Shown piece by piece: positions 36,332-46,485 of a DNA stretch of 64,000 nucleotides. The stretch is from Mantamonas sphyraenae STR306. Its lineage: Eukaryota > Protista > CRuMs. The notes beneath the pieces were generated by a model. That model did no database searches. It was not told where the DNA came from and worked only from the letters and a program-made list of their open reading frames with translations. The translations under genes were made by a program, and so were the position numbers. The DNA lies in contig JAPMXV010000004.1 of assembly GCA_026936335.1 (NCBI GenBank), positions 338,515-402,514 on the forward strand, given 5' to 3'. How positions within the stretch are numbered: position 1 is the first letter of the stretch; each line of letters begins with the position of its first letter.

Positions 36332-37854
36332 ATGGACTGGGTGAGCAGAAAGGCAAAGACGGCGCGTGGGCGGCGTGCGCTGAAGGCCCGGCAACCGCAG
36401 CTGATTGAACGAGTGAAGCGGTGCATGCTGGTGAAGGGGCCGCGCAGCAGCGAAACGCTGAATCAGTTTATGCTGGACATGGTAGGTGGGAGGGGTGAAC
36501 AGGTGAACAGGTGGGAGGAGGACAACGGAGAGGGGTGAAGGCCTGACAAACGGGGAGGCGCATGCGAGGAAATCCGCAGAAGTTGCTGAGGGCGCCAGAT
36601 GTGGTGTACATGACGCGGAAGAATCAGGTGCGACCGTTTGAGGACCAAACGGGTCTGGAGTTTCTGGCCAAGAAGAACGACAGCGGGTTGTTTGTGTATG
36701 TGAGCCACAGCAAGAAGCGGCCAGACAACGTGGTGTTTGGGCGCTTCTTCAACTACCAAACGCTGGACATGATGGAGTTTGGACTGAAGGACTTTGCGTC
36801 GCTGACGGAATTGAAGGTAGGAGAAGAAGGGGAGAGCCAGACGGGAGTGTGAGTGGGAGTGTTTGCCCAGGGGAGAAGCAAGGCTGACGGGTGACGGGTA
36901 TGTGGGTGTGGGGACACACACACACAAACACACACAGACAAAGAAGTGTCAGACAGGGTCGAAGCCCTGTTTGCTGTTTGTGGGCGACGAGTTTGAGAGC
37001 AACGCAGACCTGGGGGTGTTTAAGAACCTGATGGTGGATCTGTTCCGCGGACGCGTGGTGGAGGCAGTTGATTTGGTCGGCCTGGACCACGTGTTTGTGT
37101 TTACCGCACACGAAGGCAAGGTGCACGTGCGCACGTACACAGTGACCTTCAAGAAGAGCGGTAGCCGGGTGAGTTGCGTGTGTGGGAGAGGTGGCTCGGA
37201 GCGGAGCGAGATGATGAAAAGCAAGGCGGCCAGAACACGCGTGTGCCAAGGCGCCGCGTGGGGCCAATGAGCCCGCGTGTGCGCACGTAGCTGGAGGGAG
37301 GTGTGTGGACCGCGTGGGGCCGCCGGCGCATGGGCCTTATGGGCTCGGCTCTGGACCCTGCGCAGTCGCTCTCGTCGTTGAGGGGCCGCCACCCGACAGC
37401 GCTGGGACAATGATACATGCATTACCTTGCGTCAGGGATCTGATCGCAAGGAGGCGGAGGTGGTGGAATGGTGAAGGGAGGATTGGGATCGGGTGGGATT
37501 CGGAGAGCTCTGACACACGTGAGTCATGCGCAGGTGCCCAACGTGGCGTTGGAAGTAATGGGCCCATGCTTTGACCTGGAACCCAGGCGAGTGTTCAGGG
37601 CAGCCGAGGCGGTGCAGAAGGAGGCGCGACGTGTGCCCAAGCAGCTGCGCGCAAAGAAGCGCAAGAACATCAGCACAAACGTATTTGGCGAAGAGATTGG
37701 ACGCATTCATGTGCAACAGCAGGATTTGAAGACACTGCAATTGAAGAAGATGAAGGCGTACAATCCCAAGCGAGACACGGTGGCGGACGAGGGGGAGGAC
37801 GGCGACGATGCAAAGGTGGAGGGAGGAGGCAAGCGCCAGCGCACGAGCAAGTGA
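36332..37854 (+). CDS. RPF2: Ribosome production factor 2 (Brix domain); introns 36482-36579, 36817-36937, 37169-37533
   Basis: RKNQVRPFED, KNDSGLF, HSKKRPDN, LDMMEFG, GSKPCLLF, KKSGSR|VPNVALEVMGP, GRIHVQQQDLKTLQ. All splice junctions join in frame. Confidence 0.95.
37206..37447 (+). ncRNA. Candidate intronic box C/D snoRNA (~240 nt)
   Basis: GCGA-G-ATGATGA (C box 37211-37217) ... CTGA (D box 37440-37443)-TCGC terminal stem, inside a 365-nt intron of a ribosome-biogenesis gene, the longest intron modelled in the window. Confidence 0.6.
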
Positions 37855-37913
37855 GTGGTGCAGTAGCATGGAAGGGTCACGTGCAATGAAGAATGGGGTG
37901 AAATTTGGGTGAA

Positions 37914-39142
37914 TCACAGCTTGCTTTGTTTTGGGCTGGTGTTGAAGTTGGACCGGTACCAGTCGACAAAGCGGACGATTCCTTCGTCAAGGTCGACTCG
38001 TGGTTCATAGCCGAGCTCGTTGCGTGCGGCAGAGATGTCGAGAGTCATGGAGGTGGCGAGGATGCCGACGGTGTAGCGAGTCATGATGGGTTCGCGGCCG
38101 CGGAAGTCGCCAATGAGCTCGAGGAGCCAGGCGGCGTAATAGACGAACCAGTAGGGAAGTTTCAGCCAGGGGCGGCTGAAGCCAAGATGGTCGCAGATGG
38201 TGTTGAGGACCGAGTACAGGGTGCGCGGCTGGCCGTTTGTGATGTTGTAGGTTTTGCCAAAGCAGGTTTCGGGTGCAGTGAGGCAGAGCATGTGGGCGTC
38301 GACGACGTTGTCGATGTATGTCATGTCGCCTACGGCTTCGCCAGAGCCCATGATGGGCATAGTGCCCTTTTCGAGGGCGCGAATCATGCGCGGCATGATG
38401 GTCGTGTCGCGAGGGCCAAACAGTGCACGTGGCCGCAGGGAGATGACGGGCAAAGCTGTCGAGATGGCAAAGAAGGAGAAAGGAAGGGTACGGGAGGGAT
38501 GGTTCTGTGTGAGCTGGCGTGGGAGAGAGGTCGGACAAGGTTGGACGGGGAACACACGTCGTTCACATACCGTGCTGCTTTCTGGCGTTGTCGACAATGT
38601 GCTCGGCAATGAGTTTTGTGCGTCCGTAGAGGGTGAGCTGTTCTTGGGTGCTGGGCACGTTGTGAGGGTCCTCGGTGACGTTGAAGCGATCTTTGGCGTT
38701 GAAGTACACGCTCGGGGTGGAGGTGTGTACGAGTCTCTCGACGTTGTGCTTGACGCAAGACTGGGTCACATTGAGGGTGGCTTCGACGTTGCAGGAGTAG
38801 AACGTCTGTTCGGGACCCCAGGGCGAAGTAAACGCAGCAACGTGGAAGACGAAGCGGGCGTCCTGAAGAAGGGAGCTAGGGCGGAGGTTGGGTCAGACGC
38901 AGGCAGGCGGAGTGGGCGAGATGGGTGTGCGGTGGGAATGGGACATACTCGACAAAGTCTGGGTTTGCTAGGTCGCCAGGCACAAAGGTGACGCCGGTCT
39001 CGAGGGCGAGGGCCTCGCCTTTGGTGCGGTTGCGGCCAGTGACGACAATGGCATGGTCTTGGGCATACTCGCTGTCTGCCAGGCGTCGTGCAATCTCTCC
39101 TCCTAGGAAGCCCGTGGCACCTGTGACGACAATGGATTTCAT
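37914..39142 (-). CDS. Extended SDR / NAD-dependent epimerase / 3beta-HSD-like (OleD/YbjS-type) reductase with PTS1; introns 38948-38876 and 38570-38456
   Basis: VTGATGFLG, VFHVAAFTSPWG, LVHTSTPSVYF, catalytic YGRTK, LRPRALFGPRD, TYIDNVVDAH; ends KQSKL-stop. Confidence 0.92.
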
Positions 39143-39165
39143 TTTGCGGTGGGGCGCAGGAGGAA

Positions 39166-41728
39166 TCAGGACGTGGCACCGATGCGCATGACCTGGGACC
39201 CACCCTGCTCGACTACGGCAAAGGCATTTGAACGCGTGGGGCGCTTGGAGGTGGAAGAGGCGGAGGAATGGGAGGAATCGGAGGTGGCGGAGGACGGCTT
39301 GTCGCTGTCGTCGGGAGTGTCAAACCAGGCGTCACGGTCCATGAGCTGGTCTAGCTCGTCGTGAGTGAGCTGTTTGCCACCGCGATGTGCGCGTGCGTTC
39401 TTGCGCATGTTGTCCATGGCGTCAAGGCCACCGACGTCGTCGATCTCGTTGTTGGTGAGGATGTGGACAAGATCGTCAAGCTGGATGCGGTCTTCGGCAT
39501 TGTGTGAAGAGCGGTTGCCCTGGAGGAGGCCCTTGAAATCGCCCGAGGTGACGAGCTTCTCGAGGGTGCGCTTTGCGTTTGCGCGTTCGAGGATGCGCTG
39601 CTCGACGGAGTTGCCCGTGACGAGGCGGTAGACCATGACAGGACGTGTCTGGCCAATGCGGTGGGCCCTATCCTGGGCCTGGATGTCTGCTTGCGGGTTC
39701 CAGTCGCTGTCGTAGAAGATGACGGTGTCTGCGGCGACGAGGTTGATGCCGAGGCCACCTGCACGGGTGGAAAGGAGAAAGACAAAGCAGTCGGGATCGG
39801 TGTTGAAGTCGTGCATCTGTTGGACACGCTCCTCGTGTGGGGTGGCACCGTCGAGGCGGCAGTGGGCGTACTCGGAGAGGGTGAGCATGTCCTGGAGGAT
39901 GTCGAGCATGCGTGTGAACTGCGAAAAGATGAGAACTTTGTGGCCGTCGGCCTTGAGGCGAGCAAGCATGCGCTGGAGGAGCTGTGTCTTGCCTGCGCTA
40001 TCGATGAGCTGCTGGTCGATAAGAAGTTCGTTGTGGTCGTGCTCTGTGCTGGGCCAGTGGAAGAGGTATGGGTGGTTGCACACCTTGCGCAGCTGCATGA
40101 GGACGTTGGACAGGCGAATAGACTCGCCGCTGATGGGGTCACGGAGGATGCCCGAGGCAGCAGCGGCCTGACCGGGACCAGAGGCACGGGAGGCCTTTTG
40201 GCTGATGAGGGCGCGCAGGGTGCGGTCGAGAGTGGCTTCGTAGTACTCGTGCTGTGTGTTTGTGAGGGGAGTGTACACAATGACCTCCTTCTTGCGCGGC
40301 ATTTGAGTTTCGACGTCGACCTTGAGGCGGCGGAGGAGGAAGGGTTTGAGGATCTGATGGAGCTTGCTGACAATCTGGTTCTTCTGCTCCTGTTCCAGGA
40401 TGCGCTGTTGGTCGACGGAAAGGTCTGCGTCCTCTTGAATGGAAATGACGTCAAAGAAGGACTGGAAGGTGTCGAGGTCGGCAAAGATCTGGGGCATGAC
40501 AAAGTTGAGCAGGGACCAGAGCTCAGAGAGGGAGTTTTGGAGCGGGGTGCCTGTGAGGAGGACCCGGTTTGCGCTGGGGATGGCCTTGAGCTCTTGGACG
40601 AGCTTGCAATTGAGATTCTTGAGGCGCTGGCCTTCGTCGACAACGAGGAAGCGCCAATTGTAGCGCTGTAGGAATTTGCGGTCGTTCATAAAGATGTTGT
40701 AGGAAGTGATGACGATGGGAAAGGTGGCGTCGAGGGTGCGCATGCGTTTCTTGCGCAGCTGTGCGCGCTCCTGCTTGGAGCCGTGGTAGACGAGCGCCGG
40801 GATGTCCGGGGTGAACTTTTCGATCTCGGTGAACCAGTTGTGGATGGTGGAGAGGGGAGCGACGATGAGAAAAGGGCCCCACACCTGGTGAGATCGGAGG
40901 TGGGCGAGGAGGGAGATGGTCTGCAGAGTCTTGCCGAGGCCCATCTCGTCGGCGAGGATTCCGTTGAGGCCGTTCTCGTAGAGGGAGATGAGCCACTCGA
41001 CGCCCTGGAGCTGGTACTCGCGCAGAACACCGCCTGTGACGAGCTCGGGTTGGCGGAGGAGGTGTGTATGCTGTGGCTGGGAGGAGGAGGAGGAGGAGGA
41101 GGAGGAAGAATCGTTGTCCGAGTCGTTGCTGACGCGCTGACGTTTGTGTTGGTTCTGGTCTGCAGACGAACGGTTTGGAGAGTGTTTGCGCTTGGAACCA
41201 ACAGCCACAGCGTCGTGAGCACCGTCGTTGTCGTCGTTGTTGTCTTGGGCGTCCGGGTTGGACGTTGATGACACGGTGGAGCCTGCGCTACGCTGAGCCT
41301 GCATGCGGTTGATAAGGAAAGTAGAGTACATGGAGGACTTTTGCAGAAGTGCCTCGAGGCGAAGGAGTTTGCGTCTGGGGGTGGCGTAGGTGGGTGGGGG
41401 GGGGAGAGGACGCGGGTGAGTGGGTGCTCGGGAAATTCTGGAGTTTGGCGCGGGCTTTTGGCGCGCTTTTCTTGGACGTACTTTTCCTCCTGGACGTCGA
41501 GGGCCTGGGTGAGTTCCTGGAGCTGCTTTTGCTGTTGCTGAGCGGCTTTTGCCTCGAGACGCTCCTCCTCGTCGAGGGCAGACTGGGTGACGATGGCCTG
41601 CGGTGCGGGAGATGTCAGCGGAGGAAAGGGCGGCGGGTTTCGGAGGGGCGTGGAAAGGCGCCGTGGGGTCGGGTGCGTACCGTGGAGGAGGAGGTTGTGG
41701 TTGTGGTTGTGGAGGAGTCAGAGTCCAT
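39166..41728 (-). CDS. HELLS: SNF2-family remodeller, HELLS/LSH/DDM1 subfamily; introns 41680-41598 and 41481-41375
   Basis: Spliced RLEALLQKSSMYSTFL, QPELVTGGVLREYQ, LYENGLNGILADEMGLGKT, LSTRAGGLGINL, QAQDRAHRIGQTRPV. Confidence 0.9.
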
Positions 41729-41820
41729 GGTGGAAGGGGATGATGGGTGTGTGGAGGAAATGGTGGTGTTGGGGTGGAAGCGCGGGAGCCGGGCGTTCAT
41801 TCGGGACTCATTGTCCTTGG

Positions 41821-43902
41821 TCACTCATCGGTGCGCCGCCTGCGACTGCGCGTGATTGCAGGAGTGGTCTCTGAGGTGGAGCGGCGATGGTGTGCGAGGA
41901 GGTCGTCGGAGGAGGACGGGGCCGGGCTGGCGAGGAGTTCGGCGGCGGGGGAGGAGGGTGAGTGGCCGTGGGCTAGAGTGGCCTCGAGAGCGTCGATGCG
42001 TGCACGGAGGAAGGAGAGGTGGTAGGTGGCGAGGGAAAGGAGGGCTATGATGGCGAGAATGTAGAGCAGGTCGCGGGTGTCAAGGACGGGGAGGAGGGTG
42101 GCAAAGCCCCAGGAGAAGGAGGAGCGGGAGAGGGTATCTGCGTGGTGTGCCTGCTGGAGCTCGACGGAGGCGAGAGAGGTGCGCAGAAGCTGGAGGTGGG
42201 CCTCTGTTTGGGCGTGGAAGGCTTCGAGATCGGCCTGGAGTTTTGTGATGCTGCTCCAGTGGGAGTTCATCTCGTGGGTGAGGGTGCGTAGCATGTCTGT
42301 GTACTTGCTGCGCAGGTCGTTGAGCTTCTTTGTGACACGGCTCTGGTTTGTGGCAATGCCCTTGACGCGCTTGTTGAGGACGGCAAAGACGCCCTTTTGT
42401 GTGGAGTCCATCGGGGCGGGAGTGGACTCTGTGACGGAGGTGTTTTGTGCAGGTGAAGCAGGCGTGGGCGTGGGCGTCGGGGTGGGCGTGGGGGGCTCGG
42501 TGGCCACGGGAGTGGCAGCGACGGGTGTTGGAGAGGGTGATGGAGACGTTGTGGGCTCCGGGGTCTGGGTGGGGTTTTGAGAAGGAGTAGGAGGCGTCGT
42601 CGGGTGCACAGACGGCATGGGGGAAGCTGTTGTGGAGGGTTGGGGTTCTGGAGTGGACTGGGTGGTGGTAGGAGGAGGAGCGGCGGAGGGGGATGGAGAG
42701 TCGGGTGGATGGTTGTCGGAGGAGGCGTCGGATGGGGACGGGAGAGGGGTGGGGGAAAGAGAAGGGTCGGGGCTGGGCGTAGGTGAAGGAGTGTCCGGGG
42801 AGGGAGTGGTGGATGATGGGTCGTGTGGGTTGTCGTCTGTGTCGGGAGAGTGGGGCTTGCGGTTGAGGAGGGCGGATGGGGCGTCGTCGTCTGTGTCATC
42901 GTCGTCGTCGTCTGTGTCATCGGGCTCCTGGTTGATTTCAGCCTTGAGGTCGTCCATGAGGGTGGAGCCGTAGACCTGGATGCGAGAGACTGGGCAGAAG
43001 TACTCGGAGCCGTGGTGGGAGACAAAGAGGACCTTGAGGTACTTGACCCAGGCGGGCTGCTGGATGGTGAAGCGTTGTGCGTCGCGTATGTCGTCTGCTG
43101 TGAGCTTGGAGAGGACAAGCCACTTTTCGGTGGGGTACTCTGCGGCGCCGAGGACGACGACGTTTTTGAAGCTGGAGGAAAAGAGCTCGTAGTTGGCGAG
43201 GAGGATCTGCTCGACGCGGATCTCTTCGCAAAGTTCGATGACGACCCACTTTTTGTCTTTGCAGGGGCTGAGCATGTAGTCGTCGCGGTTTGAGTTGAGG
43301 ACGGCGGCAGCGGACTTGCTCTCCTTGTTTGTGGCGAGGATGGTTGCGCCGCAGTCAGCGCTGGCGTAGTTGAAGATGTCTGCGGCGTTTGTAGGCTCTT
43401 CCGGGTGAGGCTGTGCCTCTTCGGGGGCCGGGGTGTGTTGGGGCGGTGGCGGGGCGTGGGAGGCAGCGGGCGGGTCTGGTTGGTCGGGTTGGTCCTGGGG
43501 CTGCACAGGCGGGGAGGGTTGGACGGTGGTGTGGGGAGAGATGGAGTCTTGGTGCGGGTCGTCGTCGTTGTGTGGAGATGGTGGGTCGTGGTCAGGAGAA
43601 GCAGAGGGAGGCGGGGCGGAAGTAGGTGTGACGTCAGCCTGGTCGGGCTGAGGTGGTCCGGTGGAGTGGGCAGCGGGGGGAGGAGATGATGTGTCGGGGG
43701 GAGGGCTTTGTACATTGTGAGAGGCCACGTGGGGTGCAAGGAGGAGGAGGAGGAGGAGGAGGAAGAGGTAGTTGTGGAGGAGTGGGGCGCGGGAAAGGTG
43801 GAAATGGCGGGGCGCGCGTTTAGGGAGCGCCGGAGGAGGATGAGGCGCTGCTGGAGGATGAAGACGGGGCAGAGGAGGTAACCTTGACACCCGTACGGTC
43901 AT
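41821..43902 (-). CDS. Mid-SUN domain protein (SLP1/SUCO-like) with signal peptide, coiled coil and C-terminal TM; start uncertain (43902 or ~43805)
   Basis: FNYASADCGATIL, RDDYMLSPC, VIELCEEI, NYELFSSS, SHHGSEYFCPVSRIQVYG; hydrophobic LFLLLLLLLLAP signal. Confidence 0.88.
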   Translation of the reverse strand: MTVRVSRLPPLPRLHPPAAPHPPPALPKRAPRHFHLSRAPLLHNYLFLLLLLLLLAPHVASHNVQSPPPDTSSPPPAAHSTGPPQPDQADVTPTSAPPPSASPDHDPPSPHNDDDPHQDSISPHTTVQPSPPVQPQDQPDQPDPPAASHAPPPPQHTPAPEEAQPHPEEPTNAADIFNYASADCGATILATNKESKSAAAVLNSNRDDYMLSPCKDKKWVVIELCEEIRVEQILLANYELFSSSFKNVVVLGAAEYPTEKWLVLSKLTADDIRDAQRFTIQQPAWVKYLKVLFVSHHGSEYFCPVSRIQVYGSTLMDDLKAEINQEPDDTDDDDDDTDDDAPSALLNRKPHSPDTDDNPHDPSSTTPSPDTPSPTPSPDPSLSPTPLPSPSDASSDNHPPDSPSPSAAPPPTTTQSTPEPQPSTTASPMPSVHPTTPPTPSQNPTQTPEPTTSPSPSPTPVAATPVATEPPTPTPTPTPTPASPAQNTSVTESTPAPMDSTQKGVFAVLNKRVKGIATNQSRVTKKLNDLRSKYTDMLRTLTHEMNSHWSSITKLQADLEAFHAQTEAHLQLLRTSLASVELQQAHHADTLSRSSFSWGFATLLPVLDTRDLLYILAIIALLSLATYHLSFLRARIDALEATLAHGHSPSSPAAELLASPAPSSSDDLLAHHRRSTSETTPAITRSRRRRTDE

Positions 43903-45169
43903 TCTTGAAGGTTGCCTCGAGCGGTTCGACAATGCCCTGTTCGTTGGCGCCGAGGCCGCAGCCTGTGCGCCAGCCCATGCTGAGGAGCATGCGGTGGCCG
44001 ACGTTTGAGTTGTGGATGGGGCTGCCAGAGAGGCTGATAGGGTTGTACATGTCACGTCTGCGTCGTGCCTGCTTCTTGGCAAAGGAGCGGACGCGGATGG
44101 TTGTGGTTCGTGAGCCGCGCTCGCCAGGGCGCTTTGCATCTTGGTGGAGGTCGTGTTGGAAGTCTTGTGTGTGTGCGACGTCAATGAGTTGGCGTTCGAG
44201 GTTGCGTGCAAGGTGAATGATGCGCTTGACCACAGGCCTTGGGGCGAGGCAGCTGGAGGAGGTTTTGGTGAGGAGAAGAGAGCGCTGGGAGGAGGAGCCA
44301 GTGGGCTGGGAACGCACAGCGTAGGCTTCGCAGAGGCGTCGCACGTGAGAGCGCATGGAACGGTGCATGGGAGGGAGAGGAACAGTGTGGAGGGCGTCGT
44401 CGCAGACGAGGTCCCTGATGACACGGTCGATCTGCCTGAGCATGGCCATGTCGAGGCGGAGGGAGTCGTAGTCGTTGTCCAGGTTGGAATAGGACTGGAG
44501 TTGCTTGTTCTTGCCCTTTTGGTGGCGCTTGCGGTGCTTTGGGGTGTGCCTGGTGGCGTTGTGTTTGCTTCGCTTGCGTTCGGACTTTTCCTGGCGGCGG
44601 CTGCGACGAAGCTCCTTCTTGGAAGGTTTGCGGTTGGAGGTGTTGCTTGCACGGCGGGTGCCAAACTGGCGGTGGTTGTGGTGGCCGTGTTTGTGAAAGT
44701 CGATTTGCATCTGCTGCTCCCAGGTGTCCTGAACACGCATGTTGTGTTGGAAGCGGGCAGCGACCGATTCTTCGTCCATGGCAGCGTCGTCTTCCTGCCA
44801 GCCGACCATAAGGGCCTGGAGCATGTCTGTGTCCTGGAGGACAGAGTCGGGGATGTCGATGCCGTGTTTGTGGGCGTACTCGAGGATAGAGTCGAGGGAG
44901 GGGGAGGGGGAGGGGGAGGGGGAGGGTGAGGGGGATGAGGAGGATGATAGGTGGATGCCAAGTTCGTCGAGGGGTGCGTGGTCGTCATCCATGGCGTCGT
45001 AGAGGGCGTTGAGGAGTTCCTGGTCGGAGTCGGAGTCGGAGTCAGAGTCGGAGTGGTCCGAGTCGGAATTGGGGATGCGGACGGAGGAAAAGTCGATAAA
45101 GTCGTCGTCGTTGTCTTGGGCGGGGGGTGATGGGTTGGAGGAGGAGGTGATGGTGATTGTTTGTGCGTA

Positions 45170-45205
<36 letters not shown>

Positions 45206-46420
45206 TTGTTCCTGGTCGGATGAGTCTGTGTCGTCATCAACGTCGTCAACGTCGTCAACGTCATCGTCATCGTCGTCGTCGTCGTTGTTGTTGGTGGTGG
45301 TGGACTCGTCGTCGTCAGATTCGTCGGCGAGGGCATCGCCGTCAAAAAGTGAATCGAGGAGGACGTCGACGGGAATGCCGGTCTCTTCTGCGTACTGGGA
45401 GACGGTGTGGATGTCAATGTCGTGGGGGTCATTCATGGAGGTGTCGAGACCGTGGGTTATCTGGAGAAAGTGCTTGTGGGCAGCGGCAAGCTGTGTGGCA
45501 GAGGTGTGGTGGGAGGTGTCTGCGTGGTCGTCGGAGGCGTGGTCGGAGGTGGAGTCGTCGGATTCGTCATCGGAGGGGGAGTCGTGGGGTTGGTCGTCTG
45601 CGTCGGGGTGTGGAAGGTGTGCTTCGTCGTCGAGAAGACGTGCGGAGGAACGCACAAACGCAACACAGGGCAGATTGAGGGAGGCCATGGAGGTGCGCAC
45701 GCGGCTGTTCCACTCATCGTCGAGGACAAGGGGCGTGGAAGAGGCGTCGTGTGAGGCAGATCGTGAGGCACCAAGGCCCGGGCGGTGGCGGCGTGGTTGG
45801 TGATCGTGTGTGGTGTCGTGATCCGAGTCGTCGTCCGAGTCGGAGGCCACTTGCAATGCGTCGAGGCGCTGGGTGTCTGTGTCTGTGTCATCGCTGCTGC
45901 TGGAGGAGGAGGAGGTGGAGGCGGTGGTGGTGGAGGAGGTGCTTGTGGAGGAGGTGAAGCGGGGTTGCTTGTTCTTCTTGTTGGTGGATTTCCGAGAAGG
46001 GTTGGCGGCGCGGCGTTCGTCGGCGTCGATGGAGGCGATACTGGTGGGCTTGTAGCCACTGTTGTTGAGGGAAGCGTAGTCAAAGGGCACAGCGGCATAG
46101 GAGGGGCGGCCACGGTTGGAGGAAGGCTTGCCGCGGCGTCGTTGTGGGGGGTGTTGGTTGTGGGTTTGCGAGCTGCCCTTGCCCTTGCCCTTGCGTGCAG
46201 TGTGGGCGCGGTTGGGGCCGTCAGTGCTGTTGCGGCCTTTGCCATGCTGCTTGGACCACTTTTTCTTTGTGGAAGCGCTGGCACTTGCGAGCTCGTCATC
46301 CATGAGCATGTCGAGCCAATCGGCGTCGCGGCGGCCCTCGTCGCGAGCGTTCTGGTGGCGCTTCTTGCCCTTTCGTGAGGCGTTGTGCTTGCGCTGTTGC
46401 TTGCGCTGCTTGCCTACCAT
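43820..46420 (-). CDS. R3H + G-patch protein (Sqs1/Pfa1-like)
   Basis: R3H-like LPPMHRSMRSHVRRLCEAYAVRS..G; G-patch SNVGHRMLLSMGW..G.GLGANEQGIVEP; basic N-terminus and acidic tracts. Confidence 0.8.
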
Positions 46421-46485
46421 GGGCTGTAGGGAGTATGGGTTGTAGGAAAGGGATGTGGTGGGTGCGCTGGGGCAGGCAAGCACAG

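Noticed and set aside
37169-37533. Telomerase RNA, RNase MRP/P or U4 identity for the structured intron
   Set aside because: No CTAACCCT template, no recognisable P4 consensus and no Sm site; the C/D boxes fit better.
43903-45432. N-terminal half of the 1203-aa ORF as part of the SUN protein
   Set aside because: It is an alternative frame of the R3H/G-patch CDS; the SUN protein's signal peptide starts near 43800.
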